A stretch of 64,000 nucleotides of DNA from positions 64,001-128,000 of the forward strand of contig JASGJN010000026.1 in NCBI GenBank assembly GCA_049840735.1, in the 5' to 3' direction. The position numbers and the translations under genes are program-made. This stretch comes from Anaeromyxobacter sp. Its GTDB lineage: Bacteria > Myxococcota > Myxococcia > Myxococcales > Anaeromyxobacteraceae. Below are positions 1 to 10,225 of the stretch, piece after piece. The notes beneath the pieces were generated by a model. The model was given only the letters and a program-made list of their open reading frames with translations. It did no database searches and had not been told where the DNA came from. The stretch's first letter is position 1. Each line of letters begins with the position of its first letter.

Positions 1-385
1 CGGGGTGCGCGCCCACGAGGCGCGCCGGGCCGGCGGCTACGACGACGCCCCGCCCCAGGCCCGCGCCCCCATCATCCGCCGCCACCCGGGCGCCCTGGAG
101 GGCGAGCCGCACTACGAGCTGGACGGCGAGGAGGTGGTGCGCCCGCCGCCGCGCCCGCGCGCCGTCCCCAGCCGCGGCGAGCCCACGGTGGACTACTCCT
201 TCGACCAGCGCGGCGGCCCCGGCGGCGCCGCCTTCGCGCGCGGGGAGCGGGTGGTGCACGGCACGCTGGGCGAGGGCGTGGTGGTGACCTGCGACGCCGG
301 CGGCGCAGAGGCCAAGGCCACGGTCCGCTTCTTCGAGGCGGGCGAGAAGCGGGTGCTGGCGCGGTTCCTCCAGCGCGCGGAGTGA
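1..385 (+). CDS. pcrA: C-terminal end of PcrA/UvrD-family DNA helicase (partial, runs off the window start)
   Basis: C-terminal Tudor-like motif GERVVHGTLGEGVV...KATVRFFEAGEKRVLARF typical of PcrA/UvrD; stop overlaps the next start (GTGA). Confidence 0.75.
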   Translation, partial: GVRAHEARRAGGYDDAPPQARAPIIRRHPGALEGEPHYELDGEEVVRPPPRPRAVPSRGEPTVDYSFDQRGGPGGAAFARGERVVHGTLGEGVVVTCDAGGAEAKATVRFFEAGEKRVLARFLQRAE

Positions 386-2148
386 GCGTGCGGGCCGGCG
401 AGGCGCTCCTCGACCTGGATGGCTTCGGCGGCCGGCTGGCCTTCGGCGCCCCGCGGCGCATCGTCGAGGCCTGGTCGCCGGCCGAGGTGCGGCCGGCGCT
501 GGAGGCGGTGGAGGCCGCGGCGCGGGGCGGTGCCTGGGCGGTGGGGTTCGTGGCCTACGAGGCTGCGTCCGCCTTCGACCCCGCGCTGCGCACGCACCCG
601 CCGGCGGCGGGGGTGCCGCTGGTGTGGTTCGGGGTGCACGATGAGGCCCGAGGAGCCAGGCCTCGGGCCTCAGGGGAGGCGCAGCTCGGCCCCCTCCTCC
701 CCGACGTCGCCGAGCCCACGTACCGCGCCGCCGTGGAGCGCCTGCGCGAGGCCATGGCGGCCGGCGTGGCCTACCAGGTGAACCACACCTTCCGGCTGCG
801 CGGCCCCTTCTCCGGCGACCCGCTGGCGCTCTACGAGCGGCTGCGGGCGGCGCAGGGGGGCGGGCTCTCGGCCTGCCTGTCGCTGGGGGATCGCGCGCTG
901 GTGTCGGCCTCGCCGGAGCTGTTCCTGGCCACCCGCGGCCGGCGGGTGGTGGCGCGGCCGATGAAGGGCACGGCGCGGCGCGGCCGGTTCCTCGAGGAGG
1001 ACCAGGCGGCGGCGGCGCGCCTGGCCGGCTCGGAGAAGGAGCGGGCCGAGAACGTGATGATCGTGGACCTGCTCCGGAACGACCTGGGGCGGGTGGCGGT
1101 GCCGGGCACGGTGGAGGTGACCGCGCTCTGCCAGGTGGAGCGCTACCGGACCGTGCTGCAGCTCACCTCCACCGTCGAGGCCGAGCTGCGCCCCGACGCC
1201 GGGCTCTGGTCGCTGCTCTCGGCGGCCTTCCCCTGCGGCTCGGTCACCGGCGCGCCCAAGGCCAGCGCCATGGGGCTCATCGCCGCGGCCGAGCCGACGC
1301 CGCGCGGCGTCTACTGCGGCGCGGTGGGCGTGGTGGCGCCGGGCGGCGACGCCACCTTCAACGTGGCCATCCGGACCGTCTGGCTCGACCTGGCGCGCGG
1401 CGAGGCGGTGGCCGGCGTGGGCGGCGGCATCACCTTCGCGTCGTCGGCGGAGGCGGAGTGGCAGGAGGCGCTGGCCAAGGGTGCGTTCCTCTCGGCGCCG
1501 CCACCGCCGGACTTCGCGCTGCTGGAGACGCTGCGGCTGGAGGACGGCCGCTACCCGCGGCTCGACGGCCACCTGGCCCGGCTGATCGCCTCCGCCCGGC
1601 ACCTGGAGCGCGCAGTGGACGCGGCGCGGGTGAGGGCGGCGCTGGAGGCCGAGGCGGCCGCGGCCGGCCCGGGCGCCTGGCGCGTGCGGCTCACGGTGGG
1701 TGCGGACGGCCGCCCCGTGGTGGAGCGGGCGCCCGCCCCGGCGCCACCCGAGGGGCCGGCGCCGGTGGCGCTGGCACGCCAGCCGGTCTCCTCGCGCGAT
1801 CCCTTCCTGTTCCACAAGACCACCTGGCGCGAGCCCTACGAGCGGGCCCGGCGCGAGGCGCCGCCCGGGCTCTTCGACGTGCTGCTCTGGAACGAGGCCG
1901 GCCAGCTGACCGAGTTCACCATCGGGAACGTGGTGCTGGACCTGGAGGGCGAGCGGGTCACGCCGCCGCGCGAGGCCGGCCTCCTGGGCGGGGTGTTCCG
2001 GGCCGAGCTGCTGGCCCGCGGCGAGGTGCGGGAGCGACCCCTCCCGATCGAGGTCCTGGGGCGGGCCCGGGCCGTCTGGCTGGTCAACGCGCTGCGGGGG
2101 TGGGTCCCGGTTCGCCTGGAGGCGGCGCGGCAGGGGACGGGCGTATGA
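382..2148 (+). CDS. pabB: Aminodeoxychorismate synthase component I fused to a class IV aminotransferase/ADC lyase domain (PabB-PabC)
   Basis: Chorismate-binding motifs SASPELF, PMKGT, KERAENVMIVDLLRNDLGR, GSVTGAPK; C-terminal LLETLR...FHKTT...LTEFTIGN...GLLGGVFR lyase-like domain. Confidence 0.9.
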   Translation: MSVRAGEALLDLDGFGGRLAFGAPRRIVEAWSPAEVRPALEAVEAAARGGAWAVGFVAYEAASAFDPALRTHPPAAGVPLVWFGVHDEARGARPRASGEAQLGPLLPDVAEPTYRAAVERLREAMAAGVAYQVNHTFRLRGPFSGDPLALYERLRAAQGGGLSACLSLGDRALVSASPELFLATRGRRVVARPMKGTARRGRFLEEDQAAAARLAGSEKERAENVMIVDLLRNDLGRVAVPGTVEVTALCQVERYRTVLQLTSTVEAELRPDAGLWSLLSAAFPCGSVTGAPKASAMGLIAAAEPTPRGVYCGAVGVVAPGGDATFNVAIRTVWLDLARGEAVAGVGGGITFASSAEAEWQEALAKGAFLSAPPPPDFALLETLRLEDGRYPRLDGHLARLIASARHLERAVDAARVRAALEAEAAAAGPGAWRVRLTVGADGRPVVERAPAPAPPEGPAPVALARQPVSSRDPFLFHKTTWREPYERARREAPPGLFDVLLWNEAGQLTEFTIGNVVLDLEGERVTPPREAGLLGGVFRAELLARGEVRERPLPIEVLGRARAVWLVNALRGWVPVRLEAARQGTGV

Positions 2149-2155
2149 TGGGGCG

Positions 2156-3295
2156 ATGCGCGCGCACAGCGAGCCCACCCCGTCGCTCCCGCCGGTGACC
2201 GAGGCGCTGATCCAGGCGCTGCCCAAGACCGACCTGCACTGCCACCTGGACGGCTCGCTCCGGCTCCAGACCTTGCTGGACCTGGCCGACGCGCAGGGCG
2301 TGCAGCTGCCCGCCAGCACGCCGGAGGGGCTGGCGGCCGCCATCCACATGGGCGAGCAGTGCCACTCGCTGGAGGACTACCTCACCGCCTTCGACGTCAC
2401 GCTGGCGGTGCTCCAGACCGAGGACGCGCTCTACCGCGTGGCCCGCGAGCTGGCGCTGGACTGCGCCGCCGAGAACGTGCGCTACCTCGAGGTGCGCTAC
2501 TCGCCGGTCCTGCACACGCGCCAGGGGCTCAAGCCCACCGCCATCGTGGACGCCGTGCTGGACGGGCTCCGCGCGGCGCAGCAGGAGGCCGGCATCCGCT
2601 CCAACGTGATCATCTGCGGGATCCGCCACATCGACCCGCAGACCTCGGTGCGGCTGGCGGAGCTGGCGGTGGCCTACAAGGGCAAGGGGGTGGTGGGCTT
2701 CGACCTGGCCGGCGCGGAGGAGGGCTACCCGGCCCGCCACCACCGCGAGGCCATCCAGCTCATCCTCGACAACAACGTGAACGTCACCATCCACGCCGGC
2801 GAGGCCTACGGGCCCGAGTCGATCGCGCAGGCGGTCCACCAGTGCGGCGCGCACCGCATCGGCCACGGCGTGCGGCTGCGCGAGAACGGCGACCTGCTCA
2901 ACTACCTCAACGACCACCGCATCCCGCTGGAGATGTGCCCCTCCTCCAACGTGCAGACGCGCTCGGTGAGCGGCGTGGCGGCCCACCCGCTCCGCTTCTA
3001 CTTCGACTTCGGGCTGCGGGTGACCATCAACACCGACAACCGGCTGGTCACCAACACCACCTGCACCAAGGAGCTGCTGCTGGCCCACCGCGAGCTGGGC
3101 TTCTCGCTGCAGGACCTGTGCACCGTGCTGGTGCAGGGCTTCAAGAGCGCCTTCCTCCCATTCCGCGAGAAGGCCGAGCTCCTGCGCGAGGTGAACCAGG
3201 AGATCGCCGACGTGCTGGCCCGCTTCTCGGCGGCGCCGGCGCCGGTGGCGGCCGGGGCCGCCGCGGCCGTGGTCCGGAAGGCGGGCTCGCCGTGA
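2156..3295 (+). CDS. add: Adenosine deaminase
   Basis: LPKTDLHCHLDGS, GFDLAGAE, TIHAGEA, HRIGHG, CPSSN and NTDN motifs. Confidence 0.93.
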   Translation: MRAHSEPTPSLPPVTEALIQALPKTDLHCHLDGSLRLQTLLDLADAQGVQLPASTPEGLAAAIHMGEQCHSLEDYLTAFDVTLAVLQTEDALYRVARELALDCAAENVRYLEVRYSPVLHTRQGLKPTAIVDAVLDGLRAAQQEAGIRSNVIICGIRHIDPQTSVRLAELAVAYKGKGVVGFDLAGAEEGYPARHHREAIQLILDNNVNVTIHAGEAYGPESIAQAVHQCGAHRIGHGVRLRENGDLLNYLNDHRIPLEMCPSSNVQTRSVSGVAAHPLRFYFDFGLRVTINTDNRLVTNTTCTKELLLAHRELGFSLQDLCTVLVQGFKSAFLPFREKAELLREVNQEIADVLARFSAAPAPVAAGAAAAVVRKAGSP

Positions 3296-3780
3296 CCGCC
3301 CGCCTCCACTTCAAGTCGCCGCTGGGCTGGCTCTCCGCCGAGGCCACCGACGAGGGGCTGTGCGGGCTGGTGATCGGCGAGCGCGGGCCGCCCCGCCCGC
3401 CGGTGACGGCCGCCGCGCGCGGCCACCTGGAGGCGGCGGAGCAGGCGCTGCGCGACTACTTCGCCGGGCGCGCGCCCGCCGCCCTGCCGGCGCTGGACCT
3501 CAAGGGCTCGCCCTTCCAGCGCGAGGTCTGGGCCGCGCTGCTGGCCATCCCCTGGGGCGAGGTGCGGACCTACGGCGAGCTGGCCCAGGCGCTGGGCAAG
3601 GCGGGCGGTGCGCGGGCGGTGGGCGGCGCCAACGCGGAGAACCCGGTGGCCATCCTGGTCCCCTGCCACCGCGTGGTCCAGGCCAGCGGCCGCATCGGCG
3701 GCTACGCGGGCGGGGTCGAGGTCAAGCGCTGGTTGCTGGCCCACGAGGCCGCGTACGCGCCGGCGCTGCGGCGGCCGTAG
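3292..3780 (+). CDS. ogt: Methylated-DNA--protein-cysteine methyltransferase
   Basis: GSPFQREVW..IPWGEVRTYG..ARAVGGANAENP..ILVPCHRVV motif; GTG start overlaps the add stop. Confidence 0.92.
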   Translation: MTARLHFKSPLGWLSAEATDEGLCGLVIGERGPPRPPVTAAARGHLEAAEQALRDYFAGRAPAALPALDLKGSPFQREVWAALLAIPWGEVRTYGELAQALGKAGGARAVGGANAENPVAILVPCHRVVQASGRIGGYAGGVEVKRWLLAHEAAYAPALRRP

Positions 3781-3826
3781 AGAACCTCAATCCCCCAAAG
3801 TGGTCGCAAGCGGCCGCTTGCCGGAC

Positions 3827-3876
3827 CCGTTCGGCCTGAGCGTAGCGCCCGCGCAGCGGGCGCGGAGTCGAAGGCC
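3827..3876 (+). repeat. REP-like structured repeat (GGCCT/AGGCC subtype); empty IS1111 target
   Basis: ccgttc-GGCCT-gagcgtagc-gcccgc gca gcgggc-gcggagtcga-AGGCC; same consensus as over 20 other copies in the window. Confidence 0.9.
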
Positions 3877-3999
3877 AGGGCGCTCCCGCCCGCGCCAATC
3901 CGGCGAGCGGATCCGTGCGCGCGGCTCGTTTGCTTCCTTGCTCCCCGGGGACGTGGTGCGTAGCATCCTTCCACCCCCTACACCAGGAGTGTCGCCGTC

Positions 4000-5238
4000 A
4001 TGGAAACCCTCGCGATGATCCTGGCTGGCGGCGAGGGGCGGCGGCTCGACCCCCTGACCCGCGAGCGCGCCAAGCCGGCCGTGCCGTTCGGCGGCCGCTA
4101 CCGGATCATCGATTTCGTCCTCTCGAACCTGGCCAACTCCGGGTTCCTGAAGATGAAGGTCCTGGTGCAGTACAAGTCGGAGTCGCTCAACACGCACCTG
4201 CAGCGCGGCTGGCGGCTGACCGCGGCGCTGAACCAGTACGTGGAGCTGGTGCCGGCGCAGATGCGCATGGGGCCGAAGTGGTTCGAGGGCTCGGCCGACG
4301 CCATCTTCCAGAACCTCAACATCATCACCGACGAGCAGCCCGAGTACACGCTGATCTTCGGCGCCGACAACATCTACCGCATGGACGTGCGGCAGATGAT
4401 GGACTTCCACCTCGAGAACAAGGCCGACCTGACGGTGGCGGCCATCCCCATCCCCGTGGGCGAGGCCAGCGAGTTCGGCATCATCGAGGTGGACGCCGAC
4501 GGGCGCATGATCGGCTTCACCGAGAAGCCGAAGGAGGGCGCCAAGACCATGCCCGGCGACCCGACCCGCTGCCTGGCGTCGATGGGCAACTACATCTTCA
4601 CCACCGAGGCGCTGGTCCAGGAGATTGTCCGCGACGCCGGGGACCCCAACAGCGCGCACGACTTCGGCAAGTCGATCGTGGCCTCGATGTACGAGCGGAG
4701 GCGCGTCTTCGTCTACGACTTCGCCAAGAACGTGGTGCCCAACCAGAGCGAGCGGGAGCGCGGCTACTGGCGCGACGTGGGGAGCATCGACGCCTACTTC
4801 CAGGCCAGCATGGACCTGGTGGCGGTGGACCCGGTCTTCTCGCTCTACAACGACCAGTGGCCGATCTTCACCATCCAGTACAACTACCCGCCGGCCAAGT
4901 TCGTCTTCAACAGCAGCCACGAGGACCGCGTCGGCGAGGCGACCGACTCGCTGGTCTCGGAGGGCTGCATCCTCTCCGGCGGCCGCGTGGACCGCTGCAT
5001 CCTCTCCCCCAAGGTGCGCGTCAACAGCTACACGCACGTGGAGGAGTCGATCCTCTTCGAGAACGTCAACATCGGCCGCCACTGCAAGATCCGCCGGGCC
5101 ATCATCGACAAGCACGTGCAGATCCCCGCCGGCACCACCATCGGCTACGACCTGGAGAAGGACCGGCGGCAGTTCCACGTCACCGACAGCGGCCTGGTGA
5201 TCATCCCCAAGGGCATGCGCATCGAGCCGTCGCGCTAG
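4000..5238 (+). CDS. glgC: Glucose-1-phosphate adenylyltransferase
   Basis: [46 protein letters not shown] motifs; AGGAG upstream. Confidence 0.96.
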   Translation: METLAMILAGGEGRRLDPLTRERAKPAVPFGGRYRIIDFVLSNLANSGFLKMKVLVQYKSESLNTHLQRGWRLTAALNQYVELVPAQMRMGPKWFEGSADAIFQNLNIITDEQPEYTLIFGADNIYRMDVRQMMDFHLENKADLTVAAIPIPVGEASEFGIIEVDADGRMIGFTEKPKEGAKTMPGDPTRCLASMGNYIFTTEALVQEIVRDAGDPNSAHDFGKSIVASMYERRRVFVYDFAKNVVPNQSERERGYWRDVGSIDAYFQASMDLVAVDPVFSLYNDQWPIFTIQYNYPPAKFVFNSSHEDRVGEATDSLVSEGCILSGGRVDRCILSPKVRVNSYTHVEESILFENVNIGRHCKIRRAIIDKHVQIPAGTTIGYDLEKDRRQFHVTDSGLVIIPKGMRIEPSR

Positions 5239-5471
5239 ACGACCGTGCGCGATTCGGGATCGGCTTCGCTGCCCCTCCCCCGCGCATGCGCGCGGGTCCC
5301 CACCCTGCCCACGAACAAGTACGATTGGTCGCACGGCCCCGTGCGGGCCGGCCCCGTGCGAGCGCGGGACGAAGCGCGCCGGCGCGCCTCCGAGGATCAG
5401 GAGCCTGGACTGCCCCCGAACGGCGACGGCCGGCGGGCCCGGCGGTATCATGCCGGCAACGGGGAGGCGGC

Positions 5472-8400
5472 TTGGAGCGGGTCCGCAAGTTCTACGAAGA
5501 GTTGAGGCGGCGGCGGATCCTGCGGGCCATGGGCGCCTACGCGGTGGGGGCGTTCGCGCTGCTCCAGGTCTCGGAGCCGGTCGTCCACGGGCTCAGCCTG
5601 CCGGAGTGGGTCATCAAGGCGGTGGTGATCGCCTGCGCGGCCGGCTTCCCGGTCGCCTTCGTGCTGGCCTGGCTCTTCGACCTGACCGCGCGTGGCATCG
5701 AGCGCACGCCGGACGCCCCCTCCAGCCCGCGCCCGCCCACCCCGCCGGCCGCCGGCGCGCCGGTCCACCCGGGCGCCATGACGGCGCTCCTCGACGAGCT
5801 GGCGCGCGCGCCCGAGGTGGCGCCGCAGGAGCTGCGGCCGCTCCGCCCTGGCGAGACGGTGGGCCGGTTCGAGATCCTGCGGGAGATCGGCCGCGGCGGG
5901 TTCGGCGTGGTCTACGAGGCGCGCGACGGCGGCCTGGGCCGGCTGGTGGCGCTCAAGACCATCCAGCCCCGGCGCGGCGTCGACGCGGCCATGCTCGGCG
6001 CCGAGGCCGAGGCGGCCGCCCAGCTGCAGCACCCGAACATCGTCACCATCCACGACCTGGGCACCGACGGCGCGCGCGCCTGGATGGTGCTGGAGCTGCT
6101 GCGCGGCGAGACCCTGCAGGAGCGGCTGCGCCACGGGCCCATGACGCCGGCCGAGGCGCTCCGCACCTCGCTGGGCGTGGCCCGCGGGCTGGCCCACGCC
6201 CACCGCGCCGGCATCGTCCACCGCGACCTCAAGACCGCCAACGTCTTCCTGACCGAGGACGGCTCGGCCAAGATCCTCGACTTCGGCCTCTCGCGCATGT
6301 TCGGCAGCGCCGGGCTGGAGGGCGGCACGCCCGGCTACATGGCGCCGGAGCAGGCCCGGGGCGAGCCGCAGGACGCCCGCACCGACGTCTTCGCCGCGGC
6401 GGTGATGACCTGGGAGATGCTGACCGGCGCGCGGCCCTACCCGGTGGTGGACGGGCGCAACACGGTGCTCGACGCCGCCCACCCGCCGCGGCTGCCGGTG
6501 AGCGCCCCGGCGGCGCTGCGCCGGCTGCTCGCGGCGGCGCTGCAGCCGGAATCCGGCGAAGCGTCCGCGCGACGGGGCGGCCTGGCTGGAGGGGCTGATG
6601 GCGGTGGAGGCGGCCGGGGCGCGGCGGCGCTCGCGCCGCTCGCTGGCGCTGGGCGCAGGGGCGGCCGCGGTGGTGGCCGGGGGGCTGGTGGCGCTGGCCT
6701 GGGGGCGGCAGGGGCAGGGTCCAGGTGCGGGCGCCGAGCCGGCGGTGCGCATCCCGGTGGCGGTCGCCGACGTGCGCAACGGCACCTCCGACCCCGAGCT
6801 GGACGGCCTCTCCGGCATGCTGGTCACCTCGCTGGAGCAGTCGCGCGGGCTCCTGGTGCTGACCCGCTCGCGCCTGGTGGACGCCATCCGGCAGCTGGGC
6901 AAGGAGCCGCCGGAGGTGGTGGACGAGCCGCTGGCGCGCGAGATCGGGCGCAGCCTGGGCGTGAAGGCGCTGCTGCTGGCCACCGTCCACCGCTTCGACG
7001 ACGTCTACGCCATCGAGCTGCGGGCGCTGGACCCGACCACCAACGAGTACCTCTTCACCATCAAGGAGCAGGGGCGGGGCAAGGCGCTGGTGCCCGAGCT
7101 GATCGACCGGCTGGCCCGCGGCGCCCGCGACCGGCTGGCCGCCGGGCAGGTGGAGGTGGAGGGCTCGCGCCGCGCCGTGGCCGACCTGACCACGCCCAAC
7201 CTGGCCGCCTACGAGCGCTACTTCAACGCCCGCCGCGCCATCGACCTGCGCCAGTTCGACGTGGCCCGCCGCGAGCTGGACGCCGCCCTGGTGGAGGACC
7301 CGGACTTCGCCCTGGCCCACTATGCGCGGGTGGTCCTCGACGCCTGGACCCACCCGCTGGGCAACGCCGGGCTGGAGGGGCCGGAGGCGAAGAAGGACCA
7401 CGAGCGGCTGGAGGCGGCGGTGCGGCTGGCCGACCGGCTGCCGGAGCGCGAACGGCTGGGGCTCCTGGGCTGGAAGGCCACCGCCGACGGTGACAACGCC
7501 ACCGCGCGCAGGCTGCGCGACGAGGCGGCGCGCGCCTACCCGCAGGACAAGGACGCTGTCTTCTGGGCCGGCGACCAGCGCTACCACACCGGCGACGTGA
7601 AGGGCGCCATGCCCTACTTCGAGCAGGCGCTGGCGCTCGACCCGGACTACCGGCTGGTGCTCGAGCACCTGGTGCGGGCCTCGTCGCAGCTGGGCCGGCG
7701 CGACGACGAGCTCAAGTACGCGCAGCGCTGGGCGCAGGCGGCCGGCACGGTGGAGAGCAAGTTCGCGCTGGCGCACGCGCTGCTGGGGCTGGATCGCGTG
7801 GACGAGGCGCAGCGGGTCTACGACGAGGCGGCCGGCGCGCGCTGGGACGCGCCGCCCATGCTGGGCTGGCTGGCGCGGCACGGCCGGGTCAAGGAGGCGG
7901 AGGCGCGCGCCCGGGCCATGCTGGCCGCCCCGCCGCCGCCCGGCGTGGTGGAGCTCACCGCCCAGGCCCCCGCCGACGGCGGGCCCCTGCGCGGCGTGGC
8001 CGACGCGCTCGAGTCGCTGCTGGTGTACCAGGGGCGCGTGGGCGAGGCCGAGGCGCTCTCGCTGCCCCGCTACGCGCTGCGGCCGGAGAAGGAGCGGCTC
8101 TCGCGGCTGCTCACCTTCGGCATGATCACGCGCGACCCGGCCCGCGTGCGGCGCGCGGTGGCCGCGCTGGAGGGCGCCAGCGGGCCGGTGGACGCGGTGC
8201 AGTGGACCCAGGCCGCGGCCAGCGCCGGCATCACCGGCGACCGCGACGCGGCGCGGGCGCTGGAGGTGCGGGCGCGAGCGGCGCGGGACTGGACGTTCAT
8301 GCCCGCCAACGTCCGCGACCTGCTGGAGGGGATCCTGGCCCTGGGGACCGGCCGCTCCGGCGAGGCGGAGCCGCGCCTGCGCGCCGGCACCGGGCAGGAG

Positions 8401-8859
8401 CTGAAGGGCGTGGCCTACCAGTCGTCGGTCCTGCTCGGTGAGCTGCTGGTGCGGGATCACCGCGCGCGCGAGGCGCTGCCGGTGCTGGCGCAGGCCACGT
8501 CGGCCTCGACCGGCGCCGACGACCTGGTCCACTGCTGGCTGCACCCGCTGGTGTTGCTCCGGACCGCCCAGGCGCACGAGGCCGTGGGCGAGGTGGACCA
8601 GGCCCGGGCCGCGCTGGACCAGCTGCAGGCGATCTGGACCCGCGCCGACGCCGACCTGCCGCTGGTGATCGAGGCGCGCGAGCTGCGCAAGCGGCTGGGC
8701 GGGCCGGTCCGCCCGGCGGTCGCGCCCCCTGCGCCCCCTGCGCCGCCGGCCCCGCAGCCCTCCACGCCCGGCCTCCCACCCCCGCCCGCTCCGCCCGCGC
8801 CGGCGGGCGCGACGGTCCCGCCGCCGACTCCCTCACCTGCCGCCGGAGCCGCACCATGA
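5472..8859 (+). CDS. Membrane Ser/Thr protein kinase with TPR-like C-terminal region (one apparent +1 frameshift near 6550)
   Basis: TTG start after GGGAGG; N-terminal transmembrane segments; GRGGFGVVY, VALK, HRDLKTAN, DFG, GGTPGYMAPE. Removing one A in GAATC (6549-6553) gives QPDPAKRP and joins the 6598-8859 ORF. Confidence 0.85.
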
Positions 8860-9230
8860 GCGACGCCCCCGTCACCGGCGACCTGGCCGACAAGTTCGAC
8901 GCGCTCCAGGAGCAGTGGCGCCCGCACGCCGTGGCCGCGCTGAACGGCCAGGAGCTGAAGGTGGTCAAGGTGCAGGGCACCTTCCCCTGGCACCGCCACG
9001 CCGACTGCGAGGAGCTGTTCCTGGTCTGGCGCGGCACCTTCCGCGTCGAGTTCCGCGATCGGGTGGTGACGCTCGAGCCCGGCCAGTTCTGCGTGGTCCC
9101 GCGCGGCGTGGAGCACCGCACCGCCGCCGACGAGGAGGCCGAGGTGCTGATCGTCGAGCCCGCCGGCGTGGTGAACACCGGCGACGCGCCGGCGTCGGAG
9201 TACACGGCGCCGGTGGGGGCGAGGCTGTAA
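8856..9230 (+). CDS. Cupin domain protein
   Basis: FPWHRHADCEELFLV...GQFCVVPRGVEHRT cupin motifs. Confidence 0.88.
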   Translation: MSDAPVTGDLADKFDALQEQWRPHAVAALNGQELKVVKVQGTFPWHRHADCEELFLVWRGTFRVEFRDRVVTLEPGQFCVVPRGVEHRTAADEEAEVLIVEPAGVVNTGDAPASEYTAPVGARL

Positions 9231-9245
9231 AGGCGCGTTGGCCCT

Positions 9246-9643
9246 GCCCTTCGACTCCGCCGCGGCGTCGCCGCGGCTACGCTCAGGGCGAACGGGGTTC
9301 GCGCACTCGGGCGTTCTGAGCGTAGCGCCCGCGTGAGCAGGCGCGCGGAGGTAGGGCTGAGGGCGAACGGTGGCAGGCTCCGTTCGGCAAGGCTGAGGGC
9401 GGACGGTGGCAGGTCCGTTCGGTAAGGCTGAGGGCGGACGGTGGCAGGCTCCGTTCGGTAGGACTGAGGGCGAACGGTGGCAGGCTCCGTTCGGTAAGGC
9501 TGAGGGCGGACGGTGGCAGGCTCCGTTCGGCAAGGCTGAGGGTGGACGGTGGCAGGTCCGTTCGGAAGGGCTGAGGGCGAACGGTGGCAGGTCCGTTCGG
9601 CCTGAGCGTAGCGCCCGCACCGGCGGGCGCGGAGTCGAAGGCC
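9246..9643. repeat. REP cluster: reverse copy 9246-9295, degenerate copy about 9313-9350, seven 35-36 bp tandem units 9355-9600, forward copy 9593-9643
   Basis: Unit GGCTGAGGGCGRACGGTGGCAGG(C)TCCGTTCGG(C/T)AA repeated head to tail without spacers and ending in a complete REP. Confidence 0.92.
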
Positions 9644-9658
9644 AGGGATCCTCTCCCG

Positions 9659-10048
9659 CTACGCCAGGCTCCGCTCCACCGCCCCGCGGCCGACCAGGCG
9701 CTCCGCCTTGTTGAAGGCGATCTGCAGGTCCACCGGCTTTTCCATCACGTCCCAGGCGCCCAGCTCCAGCAGCAGGTCGCGCAGGTTCTGGTCCCCGCCG
9801 TAGGCGGAGATGACCAGCACCGGGATGCCGCGGGTGCGCGGGTTGGCCTTGAGCTGCTGCAGCGCGTCGCGCCCGTCCAGCTTGGGCATGGCCACGTCGA
9901 GCAGGATCAGGTCGGGCACCTCGGCGGCGGCGACCACCAGGGTCTCGGCGCCGTCCCGGGCGTAGACCACGGTGTGGCCGCGGCTGGCGGCGAACGCGGC
10001 GTACAGCTTCGCGACCGCAGCGTCGTCCTCGGCGACCAGGATCCGCAT
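9659..10048 (-). CDS. Single-domain response regulator (receiver)
   Basis: RILVAEDD, DLILLDVAMPKLDG, ISA and EKP receiver motifs. Confidence 0.92.
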   Translation of the reverse strand: MRILVAEDDAAVAKLYAAFAASRGHTVVYARDGAETLVVAAAEVPDLILLDVAMPKLDGRDALQQLKANPRTRGIPVLVISAYGGDQNLRDLLLELGAWDVMEKPVDLQIAFNKAERLVGRGAVERSLA

Positions 10049-10225
10049 CGGGGCCCTCGGGTGATGAGATGAGCGTCTCTGTGGGTGAGGATAGCGCTTG
10101 GGGCAAGGGGCGCAACGGCCGCCTGCAGGATCTTGTGGGCTCCGTGGGCCAGCCGGGCCGGCGTCCCAGGTGACGGGCAGGTGAAAACCGCCCGATCGCT
10201 CGGCTGGTTCGGCGGATCCGGCCGC

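Noticed and set aside
9355..9600. CRISPR array (36-bp periodicity)
   Set aside because: Units are contiguous with no unique spacers, derive from REP ends, and no cas operon is present.
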